From positions 1,440,001-1,504,000 of the forward strand of contig OY969564.1 in assembly GCA_963701095.1 (NCBI GenBank): a DNA stretch of 64,000 nt. The letters are read 5' to 3'. Shown in pieces: positions 41,198-51,720 of this stretch. Made by a program: the position numbers and the translations under genes. This DNA comes from an uncultured Methanoregulaceae archaeon (lineage in GTDB: Archaea; Halobacteriota; Methanomicrobia; Methanomicrobiales; Methanospirillaceae). The notes under the pieces are model-generated. The model did no database searches. It was not told the origin of the DNA and saw only the letters and a list, made by a program, of their open reading frames with translations. The stretch's first letter is position 1; the number at the start of each line of letters is the position of its first letter.

Positions 41198-41698
41198 ATG
41201 ATGGAGATCTTCCGGGGAAGACGCCTCTGGATTGAAAAAACGAACGTCCGGTTTCCAAACGGCGTTGAAGCAGAGAAGGTGACCGTGCACCCCGGTACTG
41301 CGGTCGCTATACTACCTGTAACACCATCCGGGTATAAGATTCTGCGTCAGTACCGGTACGCAATCGGTCAGTACATATACGAGGCACCTGCGGGAACCAT
41401 GGAACAAGGAGAGGATCCTCTTACCACGGCACACCGTGAACTTATAGAGGAAGCCGGTGTTGCGGCAGGGACTATGATCCCCCGGGGTTTTATTTATACA
41501 ACACCCGGCTTTACCGATGAAAAGATCTGGCTCTTTGAAGCCAGTGATCTGTCTCCATCCCACGAATTTGAAAAAGATGCTGACGAAGTGATTGAAGTGA
41601 TAGATATTACGCGAGATGAGATAACTGCGATGATTGCAGATGGCAGGATCACCGATGCAAAAACGATCTGCCTTTTCCAGCGATGCAAGGGAGAATAA
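41198..41698 (+). CDS. NUDIX hydrolase (ADP-ribose pyrophosphatase-like)
   Basis: QYRY, EAPAG..E.GE.P...AHRELIEEAG, TPGF.DE. Confidence 0.9.
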   Translation: MMEIFRGRRLWIEKTNVRFPNGVEAEKVTVHPGTAVAILPVTPSGYKILRQYRYAIGQYIYEAPAGTMEQGEDPLTTAHRELIEEAGVAAGTMIPRGFIYTTPGFTDEKIWLFEASDLSPSHEFEKDADEVIEVIDITRDEITAMIADGRITDAKTICLFQRCKGE

Positions 41699-41701
41699 AA
41701 C

Positions 41702-42592
41702 ATGCGGGCATTTATCGTTGCTGCTATCATTTTCAGCCTTATTGTGCTCGCATTTTGCGCGGGTTGCACGAGCTCCAATACACCATCGTATTCAGTGGAT
41801 AATAACGGCATTCTCTCGGTAACCTGTGCGCCAGTCACGACGAGCGAGAGTGTACTGTTTTCAAACGACACCTACACCGAATCAAAAATTATTCTCCACA
41901 CCCAGGCCGGTGATGTGGTCACCTACCTGAGTTATCCGAAACAACCAAAGGCGGTGTTATTATATCTGCCGGGTGCCGGGGAGCAAATAACCGGGCATGA
42001 GGGGAGAATGGTCCAGTATGCGGCAGACGGATATGCATTTATGTTTCTTGATTACCGTGGGCGGGGAGGAGAGACTACCGGGTATCCACTTAACCCCAAT
42101 ACCGATTTTGCGCTTTTCGAGAACAAAGAATGGCCTGAATATTACCTGACCATCTGTGATATCTCTTCGGCACGCGCTATGCTTGCCTCCCGGTTTGGTG
42201 TCCCGGTCTATGCGGTTGGTGGTAGCAACGGCGGCCGGTATGCGGCAGTTGCTGCTGGTGTTGATAAGAATTTTGCCGGATATATCGGGATATCTACGGC
42301 CGACTGGGGGATCAAAGAACAGGCGATTGCACAGGGAGGATCAGGTGACGTAATCCGTTTTGCTACCTCGCTTGAACCAAGTACTTACCTGCCGACGATC
42401 TCCCCACGCCCGGTCTGGATGTTCCATAATGCAACCGATCCTATTATTCCCTTTGCTGACGGAGAGGCCCTCTTTGCAACAGCAAACCAGCCAAAGAATT
42501 TCACCATATTTAATGGCGGGCATGGAATTAACCCGGTAGTTGACAACCTGCTTATGGACCGCTTAGCGCAAATTTATGGTACACCAACGTGA
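41702..42592 (+). CDS. secreted alpha/beta hydrolase (lipoprotein-like)
   Basis: Signal peptide with AGC; GGSNGG nucleophile elbow; DPIIP; GGH. Confidence 0.85.
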   Translation: MRAFIVAAIIFSLIVLAFCAGCTSSNTPSYSVDNNGILSVTCAPVTTSESVLFSNDTYTESKIILHTQAGDVVTYLSYPKQPKAVLLYLPGAGEQITGHEGRMVQYAADGYAFMFLDYRGRGGETTGYPLNPNTDFALFENKEWPEYYLTICDISSARAMLASRFGVPVYAVGGSNGGRYAAVAAGVDKNFAGYIGISTADWGIKEQAIAQGGSGDVIRFATSLEPSTYLPTISPRPVWMFHNATDPIIPFADGEALFATANQPKNFTIFNGGHGINPVVDNLLMDRLAQIYGTPT

Positions 42593-42629
42593 ATAGGTAC
42601 TAGCTTTATACAGAGGCTGAATTCCGCAC

Positions 42630-43901
42630 ATGACAGAACCCGTAGAGATGGACGAAGCGCGCAAGCGCTACGAGTTCCAAAAAACACTCGAGAAACTGGA
42701 ATCCCTGGAAGGAGACGGTACGGAGCTTATCACACTTTACATCCCCCCAGACAAGCAAATATACGACGTGACAGGCCAACTGAAAGATGAGTTTGGCCAG
42801 TGTGCAAACATCAAGAGCAAGCAGACCAGGACGAACGTCCAAAGTGCCATCTCCTCGATCCTCTCACGGCTCAAGTACTACAAGCGTCCGCCTGAGAAAG
42901 GGATGGCAATCTTTTGCGGTACCGTGAAGCTCTATGGAGATCGCACTGATCTTCAGTGCACGGTCATCGAACCACCAGAACCTCTCAATCTCTATATGTA
43001 CCGGTGTAGCTCGAATTTCGAGCTTGAGCCCCTCAAACAAATGCTCGAAGAGAAGTATGTGTACGGACTCCTCGTGCTTGACCGGCGTGAGGCATACTGG
43101 GGTTTTCTGCGCGGTAACAGGATCGAACCCATGGGTGGTGCAACCTCTACCGTGCCCGGTAAACAGCGCAAAGGAGGTCAGTCTGCTGCCCGTTTTGGCA
43201 GGCTTCGTGAAATCGCGATCAACGAGTTCTACACAAAAGTTGGTGAGCGCTCCAGTGCGATCTTTTTAGCGGAAAAGAATTTCTTCGAGCGGTTCAAGGG
43301 CCTTTTAATCGGTGGCCCGAGCCCGACAAAAGAGGAATTCGAGGCGGGAAACTTCCTCCACCACGAAGTCCAGAAAAAAATCATCGGCCTCTTTGATGTT
43401 GCTTATACCAACGAAGACGGCCTGCCAGAGCTTGTTGACGCGGCAAAAGACGCTCTTGCGGGTATGGCGGTAGTAAAAGAGAAGTCCTACATGGATAGAT
43501 TCCTGAAAGAACTGGTAAAAGATAACGGGCTTGCCGCTTACGGAGAGGAAAGCATTCGTAAAAACCTCGAAGTAGGAGCGGTTGATATACTCCTCCTTTC
43601 TTCAAATTTACGGAAGTCCCGGCTCAGAATAAAGTGCCAGAGCTGCGATTACACAAATGAACGGACCGTAAGCATGCCGGTGGGAACAACGGTCAGGGAC
43701 ATCGACCTCAGCACATGCCCTAAGTGCACTGCACCCCTTGTATTAGAGGAAGAGATTGATATTATTGATGAGCTTGCAAAACTTGCCGATCAATCCAGCG
43801 CAAAAGTAGAGCTGATATCTGACGATTTCGAGGAGGGTTCAATCCTTTATTCTGCATTCGGCGGGATTGCAGCCATCCTCCGGTACAGGACGGGATACTG
43901 A
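42630..43901 (+). CDS. prf1: peptide chain release factor aRF1
   Basis: NIKS, YRC, KGGQS, FGGIAAILRY. Confidence 0.97.
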   Translation: MTEPVEMDEARKRYEFQKTLEKLESLEGDGTELITLYIPPDKQIYDVTGQLKDEFGQCANIKSKQTRTNVQSAISSILSRLKYYKRPPEKGMAIFCGTVKLYGDRTDLQCTVIEPPEPLNLYMYRCSSNFELEPLKQMLEEKYVYGLLVLDRREAYWGFLRGNRIEPMGGATSTVPGKQRKGGQSAARFGRLREIAINEFYTKVGERSSAIFLAEKNFFERFKGLLIGGPSPTKEEFEAGNFLHHEVQKKIIGLFDVAYTNEDGLPELVDAAKDALAGMAVVKEKSYMDRFLKELVKDNGLAAYGEESIRKNLEVGAVDILLLSSNLRKSRLRIKCQSCDYTNERTVSMPVGTTVRDIDLSTCPKCTAPLVLEEEIDIIDELAKLADQSSAKVELISDDFEEGSILYSAFGGIAAILRYRTGY

Positions 43902-45574
43902 TGTTTTTTGACACGCTGGCAATAGTTACCAAGGCTCTTACTGAATGCACCGGTTTGACTGATATCCAGCTTGCCGATGGCGGGGAACATGCAGATCTCG
44001 CATCAACAGTTGCATTTTCTTTGGCAAAGGTAAAAAAACAAGCGCCGGTGAAAATTGCCCAAGATATTGCAACGGCACTTCAAGGCAACAAGGATCTCGC
44101 AGACCTGGGGATCACAGTCGAAGCCAAAGGACCGTATATCAATTTCATCCTGGGCAGTATGTATGTCAGCGCTACGCTCAAGGAAGCAACAAAGAAAGGG
44201 TACGGTATGCTCCCCAGAAAGGAGATTCGTGTTGTTCTTGAGCACACAAGTGCAAATCCCAACGGCCCTCTCCACGTAGGCCATATCAGGAACTCTATTA
44301 TCGGCGATACCCTTGCCAGGGCATTCCGGAAAGCCGGCTTTCCCCTTGAAGTCCAATATTATGTCAATGATATGGGTCGCCAGATCGCCATTGTTGTGTG
44401 GGGTTTCGACAATCTCGAACATGAACACCGCAAAGGGGAAAAAGAGGACGCACAAATTGCCAGGGTTTATATTGCCGCCAACCGTGAGATCGAAAAAGAC
44501 CCGGGAATTACACAGCAAGTCGACAACCTTATGCAGCTTGTGGAAGCCGGGGACGCTGACACCGTAAAGAAATTCCGCAGAGAGGTTACCCGGTGTCTTG
44601 ATGGTTTTGCAGTCACTATGGCAAATCTCAATGTAAAACACGACCGGTTTGTCTGGGAAAGCGATTTTGTCAGGAACGGGGATACAAAAAAAGTGATCGA
44701 AAAAATCGAGAAACTCCCGCAGGCACGACACGAAGCATCCCTCCTTTCGCTCGATCTTGCAGAGTTCGGATTTGCCAATAAGTACGTGATCCGCCGGAGC
44801 GATGGAACTTCCGTCTATGCTGCCCGTGATCTTGCATTCCACTCCTGGAAGAGCGCAAACTTCGATCGCGTTATCGATGTACTCGGTGCCGATCACAAAC
44901 TAATTGGCGCACAGCTCCAGAGCACCATGAAGCTGCTCAGGGAAAAAACCCCGGAGATCGTGTATTTCGAGTTTGTCTCGCTTCCTGAAGGCTCGATGAG
45001 CACGCGGGCAGGAAAGTTTGTATCCGCAGATGACCTGATCGACGAGGTAACCAAACGCGCTTTTGATGAAGTGACTCTGAGACGTCCCGAACTTGACGAG
45101 GCTACTCGCAGGAACATAGCGGGATCAGTCGCAAGGGCAGGCATCAGGTACGATATTGTAAAAATATCCCCCGAGAAAAGCACGGTTTTTGACTGGAACG
45201 AGGCTCTTGACTTTGAACGCCAGAGCGGCCCATATATTCAGTATGCCCATGCACGGGCATGTAGTATTCTTGAAAAAGCAGGCACCTTTAGTGAATGTTA
45301 CGATCTTGAAACCGTTCAGGAGATTGCACTTGCAAAGAAAATAGCAAAATTCCCCGGAGTAATCGAAAAAGTGGTCACCGAGCTCCGACCGCACCTGCTT
45401 GCCACATACAGCCATGAACTGGCGGACATCTTCAATACGTTCTATCACTATGAACCGGTCTTAAAAAGTGAGGGAAAAGTCAAAGAGCGGCGGCTCACGC
45501 TGGTCAAAGCCGTACAGAACACTTTACAGGAGTCTCTTGAGACACTTGGGATCGATGCCATCCACACCATGTGA
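43901..45574 (+). CDS. argS: arginine--tRNA ligase
   Basis: EHTSANPNGPLHVGH, NDMGRQ, MSTRAG, YIQYAHAR. Confidence 0.97.
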   Translation: MFFDTLAIVTKALTECTGLTDIQLADGGEHADLASTVAFSLAKVKKQAPVKIAQDIATALQGNKDLADLGITVEAKGPYINFILGSMYVSATLKEATKKGYGMLPRKEIRVVLEHTSANPNGPLHVGHIRNSIIGDTLARAFRKAGFPLEVQYYVNDMGRQIAIVVWGFDNLEHEHRKGEKEDAQIARVYIAANREIEKDPGITQQVDNLMQLVEAGDADTVKKFRREVTRCLDGFAVTMANLNVKHDRFVWESDFVRNGDTKKVIEKIEKLPQARHEASLLSLDLAEFGFANKYVIRRSDGTSVYAARDLAFHSWKSANFDRVIDVLGADHKLIGAQLQSTMKLLREKTPEIVYFEFVSLPEGSMSTRAGKFVSADDLIDEVTKRAFDEVTLRRPELDEATRRNIAGSVARAGIRYDIVKISPEKSTVFDWNEALDFERQSGPYIQYAHARACSILEKAGTFSECYDLETVQEIALAKKIAKFPGVIEKVVTELRPHLLATYSHELADIFNTFYHYEPVLKSEGKVKERRLTLVKAVQNTLQESLETLGIDAIHTM

Positions 45575-46460
45575 TGCCCGGAAAAAACAGGGTTACCTCT
45601 TTTTTTCACCTGATTCATCTGCGGCCCTCAAGCCCTGCCTCTGGTGCAAGCGAGCTCTAGCCGGTGGGGAGATGTGCTATAAGCACCAATTCTACGGAAT
45701 TGACAGTCATCGCTGTGTCCAGATGACACCCACCCTCCGCTGTAACCAGCGGTGCCTTTTCTGTTGGCGTTCATTCGAGCATGAAGTGGCAGAAGAGGAG
45801 GAATGCCAGCCCCAAATTATCCTCGAAGGTGTGAAAAAACTCCAGAAAAAAGCGCTCGCGGGGTATAATGCAATCCTTGACAATTCTGTGACCAATGAGC
45901 GGTGGCAGGAAGCTCTTAATCCCAAGCATGTGGCGATCTCCCTTTCCGGAGAACCAACACTCTACAGCCGGCTCCCTGAGCTGGTCGATCTGTTCAATGG
46001 CAACGGATACACTACGTTTGTAGTCAGTAACGGCACGAATCCTGGCATTCTCGCCAAGTGCAGACCGTTCCAGCAATATGTATCTCTTGATGCGCCGGAT
46101 AGCAGGACATACAAGAAAACCTGCCGCCCTGATGGCGATGCAGAGGAATTCTGGAACAATATCAAAGAAAGTCTTTCACATCTTCGCACGAAAAGATCGG
46201 CGGTGAGAATCACTCTTGTTTCCGGTCTTAATGACGTGGGGCCGGAAGGGTATGGGAAACTCCTGCAGGATTCAGGGGCGACATTTGTTGAAGTGAAAGG
46301 ATACATGTATTTGGGATACAGTAGAAACCGTTTGCAACGAAACAACATGCCGGAACATGAACAGGTGCGAGCCTTTGCAGAAAGGATTGCCGCATCATGT
46401 GATTATAAGGTCCGGGATGAAAATCCCTTAAGCAGGGTCGTCTGCCTGGAGCGTATGTAA
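45555..46460 (+). CDS. taw1: 4-demethylwyosine synthase TYW1/Taw1 (radical SAM)
   Basis: CYKHQFYGI.SHRC.QMTP, CNQRCLFCWR, ISLSGEPT, EVKGYM. Confidence 0.93.
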   Translation: MPSTPCDARKKQGYLFFSPDSSAALKPCLWCKRALAGGEMCYKHQFYGIDSHRCVQMTPTLRCNQRCLFCWRSFEHEVAEEEECQPQIILEGVKKLQKKALAGYNAILDNSVTNERWQEALNPKHVAISLSGEPTLYSRLPELVDLFNGNGYTTFVVSNGTNPGILAKCRPFQQYVSLDAPDSRTYKKTCRPDGDAEEFWNNIKESLSHLRTKRSAVRITLVSGLNDVGPEGYGKLLQDSGATFVEVKGYMYLGYSRNRLQRNNMPEHEQVRAFAERIAASCDYKVRDENPLSRVVCLERM

Positions 46461-48041
46461 ATGAGATTCAACCCGCTAGACTGGAAAGGAAAATCCCATA
46501 CAAATTTCGAAGAAGCATGGTATGAGGGCTCTTCAGTAGTCACCCCCCCGGGAGGTGACGGGAAGTATCCTCGTCTCCGTTATAAACGAGCGAAAGCTCA
46601 CCCAATCTTTGAAACAATTCACCGGTTACGTGAAATCTATCTCTCGATGGGTTTTGACGAATGTGAGAACCCGGTGATTGTCGAGGAAAGTGACATTTAC
46701 CGGCAGTTCGGCCCTGAGGCTATGGCCGTTCTCGACCGAGTTTTCTATATCGGCGGCCTCCCGCGACCTAACGTAGGGATATCACGTGCCCAGCTTGACC
46801 AGATAAATGCAATTCTTAAAAAAACCCTGCCGGTTTCAAGTGAGGAGAAACTCCGCGAGACGCTCCATGCATACAAAAAATCGGAGATCGATGGCGATGA
46901 TCTAACTCATGAGCTGGCAAAAGTACTCGATACTGATGACGGAAACGTCGTTCATATCCTTGACTCAGTCTTTCCGGAATTCAAATCGCTTGTACCGGAA
47001 TCATCGCGCAGTACGCTCCGCAGCCATATGACAAGTGGCTGGTTCATGACACTCGGATCGATCTGGGAACGCACCCCCATACCAATCCGGTTTTTCTCAA
47101 TTGACCGCTGTTTTCGGCGAGAACAAGCGGAAGGTCCAACCCGGCTCATGACCTACCACTCAGCTTCCTGTGTCGTTGCAGGCGAAGATATCACAATAGA
47201 GGATGGCAAAGCCGTAAGTGAGGCACTCCTTTCTGCGTTCGGATATGAGGATTTCCGGTTCCAACCGGATGAGAAACGCTCCAAGTACTATATGCCGGAC
47301 TCACAGACCGAGGTCTATGCAAAGCATCCCGTGCACGGATGGGTGGAAGTAGCAACCTTTGGTATGTATTCTCCCTCGGCCCTTGCCGAGTACGGAATTG
47401 GTGTCCCGGTAATGAATCTCGGCCTTGGTGTTGAACGGCTCGCGATGATCGCATATAATGCAAACGATGTCCGGCAGCTTTCTTATCCTCAGTTTTTCCC
47501 CCGCATTCCAAACGATCAGGAAATCGCCCGCGCCGTGCACTTCAGGAATGAACCCGTTACAACAGAAGGAAAAGCAATTGCTCTTGCAATTGCCAAGGTT
47601 GCGTCGGCACATGCAGCGGAACAGGGGCCTTGTTCCTTTGAAGTCTGGGAGGATACTCTCTGTGGCACGCATGTAAAAGTCTCCGTTGAGGAAACTGAGG
47701 CGAACGCAAAGCTCTGCGGGCCTGCCTGTGCAAACGAGATCTTCGTCCATGAAGGAAATATTCTCGGTGTTCCTGATGCAGAGAAATGGAAGGATGTTCG
47801 TACAAAAGGGGTCCCGACGGGCATATCATACCTCGAAGCTGCATCAGCGTTTGCTGCTGCAGAAATAGAGCGGGCTGCCCGGTGTGGCAAAGAAACCCTC
47901 GTGCAGGTCAAGATGGCAAAGCATCCCAGTGATATCAATCTCAGGATAGAGGATTACGCGATGCGGGCAATTACAGATACAAAAAAGAAAATAGATGTCC
48001 GGGGACCAGTGTTCCTCTCCATCAGATCGCAAATTCTCTAA
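46461..48041 (+). CDS. sepS: O-phosphoserine--tRNA(Cys) ligase
   Basis: [53 protein letters not shown]. Confidence 0.96.
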   Translation: MRFNPLDWKGKSHTNFEEAWYEGSSVVTPPGGDGKYPRLRYKRAKAHPIFETIHRLREIYLSMGFDECENPVIVEESDIYRQFGPEAMAVLDRVFYIGGLPRPNVGISRAQLDQINAILKKTLPVSSEEKLRETLHAYKKSEIDGDDLTHELAKVLDTDDGNVVHILDSVFPEFKSLVPESSRSTLRSHMTSGWFMTLGSIWERTPIPIRFFSIDRCFRREQAEGPTRLMTYHSASCVVAGEDITIEDGKAVSEALLSAFGYEDFRFQPDEKRSKYYMPDSQTEVYAKHPVHGWVEVATFGMYSPSALAEYGIGVPVMNLGLGVERLAMIAYNANDVRQLSYPQFFPRIPNDQEIARAVHFRNEPVTTEGKAIALAIAKVASAHAAEQGPCSFEVWEDTLCGTHVKVSVEETEANAKLCGPACANEIFVHEGNILGVPDAEKWKDVRTKGVPTGISYLEAASAFAAAEIERAARCGKETLVQVKMAKHPSDINLRIEDYAMRAITDTKKKIDVRGPVFLSIRSQIL

Positions 48042-48056
48042 ATTATTTATCTTATT

Positions 48057-49031
48057 TTAGCTTCGCACGTAGTTTTCCTGCAAGAAAATCCGCCGATTAA
48101 TAATTCTCCACGAAAGAATGAGCTGAATGATATCAGTTGCATTCACGGTTTTCCTGTTTTCGAACATCGAAATGGGGTGAAGACCAGTCTGTTGTTCGAT
48201 CGAGATCTCCAGCTTCCGTACTGTATCATAGTTCATCTCACCGTCGAAGGTCAGGGCTCGCAGGAAAGCACATTCGATTTTCGCGTCAGAAAACTCGATA
48301 CAAAAATTGCTCTCGTGGAATGACAAGAGAGACATGAGGTCGATAGATAATGCAATATCACGGATGGTCTGATCCATGGGGTTCTGGAGCAGCGAGATTG
48401 AATAAATGTTTTTTACCGTCCCAAGATTCTTACCGTACTTTGAATATTTAACTTGAATAACCGCATCTGCCATACACCGCTGCGGTTTTACATATGCTTC
48501 GTAATCGGTTTCGCGGTGAATGAGCTCATCGTCAACATCAGCTGAGGAATATCCTCGCTGCTCAAGGTCACGTTGTCTCTTCCACTCGTACTTGACCTCT
48601 GGGTCTGGATCAACAAAAACGGAAAAATCCACGAGACTCCGCAAAGTCGGGGTAAAAAGTGTATGAAGTCCTTCCAGAATGATAATCTTTTTCGATGGAA
48701 ACGGGACGGGGGAATCGAAGGTTCCGGAAGCATGATTATATACTGGCTTTTCGATTGCCTTTCCTTCTTTGAGCCGGGTTACATCAGATTCCAGCTGCGT
48801 AAGATTGTTCGCATCCGGGTGAAGAGGAGTTATATTGAGTCGGTGACGCTCTTCACGGTCAAATTTATGGTAATCATCCAGAGTAATGGTCACGACCATA
48901 TCCGGTCCGAAGATCTGGCGGATGGCGTTTGTGAATGTGGTCTTTCCTGATCCGCTATCCCCGGCTACACCGATAATAAAAACTTTCGGGGACCTCGCAA
49001 TAATTTCCTTGAATGAGAGAGTTTGGTGCAT
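48057..49031 (-). CDS. prk: phosphoribulokinase (archaeal PRK)
   Basis: GVAGDSGSGKTT, LDDYH, ITPLHP.AN, KPVYNH..G, EGLH, WK..RD...RGY, Y..PQ...AD. Confidence 0.85.
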   Translation of the reverse strand: MHQTLSFKEIIARSPKVFIIGVAGDSGSGKTTFTNAIRQIFGPDMVVTITLDDYHKFDREERHRLNITPLHPDANNLTQLESDVTRLKEGKAIEKPVYNHASGTFDSPVPFPSKKIIILEGLHTLFTPTLRSLVDFSVFVDPDPEVKYEWKRQRDLEQRGYSSADVDDELIHRETDYEAYVKPQRCMADAVIQVKYSKYGKNLGTVKNIYSISLLQNPMDQTIRDIALSIDLMSLLSFHESNFCIEFSDAKIECAFLRALTFDGEMNYDTVRKLEISIEQQTGLHPISMFENRKTVNATDIIQLILSWRIINRRIFLQENYVRS

Positions 49032-49106
49032 AGGGTAAGGGTACCTGCGACGCCATGTGTCATAAGTCACGCGGATGAAATATTCATTTAATGAAAATTT
49101 CAAATA

Positions 49107-49153
49107 TGTTAGAAATAGATAACAAAAAGGATTTGTGTTAGAAATAAGTAACA
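49107..49153. promoter_or_regulatory. two 18-bp palindromic operators TGTTA-N8-TAACA between prk and the XRE gene
   Basis: TGTTAGAAATAGATAACA at 49107-49124; TGTTAGAAATAAGTAACA at 49136-49153. Confidence 0.75.
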
Positions 49154-49174
49154 TACTTGAGGATTTTGTTCAAC

Positions 49175-49408
49175 ATGCAGACCAACATTAGGAAATATCG
49201 AAATCTCGCATCCCTAACGCAGGATGACCTTGCTAAAAAGGTCGGGGTGAGGCGAGAAACAATCGTTTTTCTCGAACAGGGGAAGTATAACCCCTCTTTA
49301 CGTCTTGCACACGATGTGGCGAGGAGTCTGCATGCAACAATCGACGACCTGTTCATTTTCGAAGATGATACCCAAGAGCCGGAGAGACGAATTGTTCTTG
49401 TGGATTGA
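49175..49408 (+). CDS. XRE-family HTH transcriptional regulator
   Basis: [29 protein letters not shown]. Confidence 0.92.
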   Translation: MQTNIRKYRNLASLTQDDLAKKVGVRRETIVFLEQGKYNPSLRLAHDVARSLHATIDDLFIFEDDTQEPERRIVLVD

Positions 49409-49410
49409 TT

Positions 49411-51720
49411 TTACGGAGTTGCATGTTCCGCCTTTACTATGTACTCTGTCGTTTTTTTCGTAGTGGCGCCGGTGCTGATGCCAGCAAGGATTACTGTAGT
49501 TGCCTCTTTGTCAAGGGGCATATTATCGTTACCACACTTGGGAGAGTATATGCAAGAAGGACAGCCTTTTCTGCATGAACAATCGCGGACGAGCTCGTAA
49601 GCACTTGAGAAAAGGGAGGGTAGGAGGGTAAACGCTTTCTCTGCAAGACCGATTCCCCCTTCATATCCGTCATAAACAAAGATTACCGGATCACCGTTTT
49701 CACCAAATGACGGAGAAGAAAGGCCGCCGATATCCCATCGATCACACATTACATGCAGGGGCATGAGTGCGATGAGTGCATGCTCCGCACCGTGCAGACC
49801 GCCAGCGAGATCAAGGTTAGATGAGACAACAGATGCTGCCAATGTATCGGGCAAGACAACCCAGAATGCTTTCGTGCGGAACGTAAGTGGTGGGAGGACA
49901 AGCGGTTCAACCCCGAGAATTGTGTCGCCTCGTTTAATCTTATAGGCTGTATACTGTTCAGTAACTTCAGCATCACCAAATGCGCATTTTACCCCGTTTA
50001 CGTCGCGCGTTTCAAGGGTTTCAAGGACACGGAGATCGACCTCTTTTAACGGCTGGGTGTAATAATCCACTTCAGTTTCACTGACCCTGACGGTGTGAGT
50101 CTCAAGGTCCATTTCTTTTACTACATAGGTTTCGCCTTGGTGCAGCATGATTGCACCTTTATGTGCCTCGCGGTATGCCTGTGCCCGATCCATCGTCTCA
50201 AGCATCCTGCCGTTGCATAGGATCCTAAAACTCTCTCCCGCCATGCTATCGAGTCTGACTGCATCGGTTGCCCGGCCTCGACCCGCATAAACCCACCCCC
50301 GGGACGTTTTCTTGAGAAGTCCGGTTTCTGCGAGCCCGGCAAGAAGAGGTGCAAACGATTCCCCGAATACTCCCGCATCCTTCTCCTCACATATTGGTAA
50401 TTCCGCCGCTGCGCAGAGGAGGTGCCCGGAAACAATGTAGGGATTGTTAGTGTTAATGATTGCATGCTCGTGTGATCGGGAAAAAAATGCCTCCGGATGA
50501 TGCATAAAGTACTGGTCAAGGGGATTTGACTGCGCTACCAGTACGGCAAGTGATTCCCCACCGTTCCGGCCGGAACGCCCCGCCTGCTGTCGGACCGACA
50601 TCATGGTGCCAGGATAGCCATCTATGATTACAGCGTCTAGAGATCCTATGTCGATGCCAAGTTCGAGGGCGTTTGTCGAGACAACACCTCGGATCTCCCC
50701 GTTTTTGAGTTGACGCTCAATTGTGCGCCGTTCCTCGGGAAGGTACCCAGCACGGTACGCCCAGATTGACTGGGCCAATCGTGCGGATGTACGATGGGCA
50801 TCCTCACGTGCCCAGATCGTAACCAGCTCTGCCATTTTTCTTGAACCGGTAAAGCAAAGCGTTTGGAGGTCGCTTTTGACGCAGGAGAGCAGGAGGTCTT
50901 TTGTTTCCTGATGAGCTGAACGTTCTCCGATCCCATCATAGAACGGATTGTAAAGCACAAAGTGACGAGTCCCATGCGGAGATCCATCTGAATCCACAAG
51001 TTTAAAGGACCGGCCAACCAACCGTCTGGCAAATTCTTCAGGATTTGCAAGAGTTGCCGTCGAAAGGACAAATTGAGGATCAGATCCATAAAAACGGGCA
51101 ATTCGCAATAAACGTCGTATCAAAAACGCAATCTGGGATCCGAATATTCCCCTGTACCGGTGAGCTTCGTCTATTACGACAAACTGTAGGTTGGAGAAAA
51201 AGGAACTCCATTTTGCGTGCCAAGACAGAACCTGATGAAGTTCGTGGGGATTAGAAATAACAATCCGGGAATGCTCCCGTATCGCGGCACGTTTAGACTG
51301 TGGCGTGTCGCCATCATAGATTGCCGGTTTTGCCAAAATGCCAGTATATTTTTCCATTGTGGCAAGCGTTGCGTATTGATCATTTGAAAGCGCTTTTGTT
51401 GGATAAAGATAAAGTGCTCGTGCGTCAGAATTTGCAGCCAGACTTGCAAAAACAGGGATGTTGAACGCAAGCGTTTTTCCGCTTGCCGTAGGCGTGGTTA
51501 TTATTACATTCTTACCAGCCATGAGAGCATTGATCGCTTCGCATTGGTGGGAATATAATTGAATATTTTTTTGTGTAAGATAGGACTCGATCTCCTCGGG
51601 AAGGGGGACATCTAACATGCCATGCCGGGCAGGTATTGGGTCAGAAACCTCTTGATAGGCAACTCTGCTACGGTAAACCGGGTTGGTACCAAGAAGCCGG
51701 ATGACTTCAGCTACAGCCAT
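49411..51720 (-). CDS. DEAD/DEAH helicase with C-terminal DUF1998 (MrfA/Hrq1-like)
   Basis: TASGKT, DEAH, TNALELGIDIG, QQAGRSGR, CSC..GCPSCI.SPKC. Confidence 0.93.
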   Translation of the reverse strand: MAVAEVIRLLGTNPVYRSRVAYQEVSDPIPARHGMLDVPLPEEIESYLTQKNIQLYSHQCEAINALMAGKNVIITTPTASGKTLAFNIPVFASLAANSDARALYLYPTKALSNDQYATLATMEKYTGILAKPAIYDGDTPQSKRAAIREHSRIVISNPHELHQVLSWHAKWSSFFSNLQFVVIDEAHRYRGIFGSQIAFLIRRLLRIARFYGSDPQFVLSTATLANPEEFARRLVGRSFKLVDSDGSPHGTRHFVLYNPFYDGIGERSAHQETKDLLLSCVKSDLQTLCFTGSRKMAELVTIWAREDAHRTSARLAQSIWAYRAGYLPEERRTIERQLKNGEIRGVVSTNALELGIDIGSLDAVIIDGYPGTMMSVRQQAGRSGRNGGESLAVLVAQSNPLDQYFMHHPEAFFSRSHEHAIINTNNPYIVSGHLLCAAAELPICEEKDAGVFGESFAPLLAGLAETGLLKKTSRGWVYAGRGRATDAVRLDSMAGESFRILCNGRMLETMDRAQAYREAHKGAIMLHQGETYVVKEMDLETHTVRVSETEVDYYTQPLKEVDLRVLETLETRDVNGVKCAFGDAEVTEQYTAYKIKRGDTILGVEPLVLPPLTFRTKAFWVVLPDTLAASVVSSNLDLAGGLHGAEHALIALMPLHVMCDRWDIGGLSSPSFGENGDPVIFVYDGYEGGIGLAEKAFTLLPSLFSSAYELVRDCSCRKGCPSCIYSPKCGNDNMPLDKEATTVILAGISTGATTKKTTEYIVKAEHATP

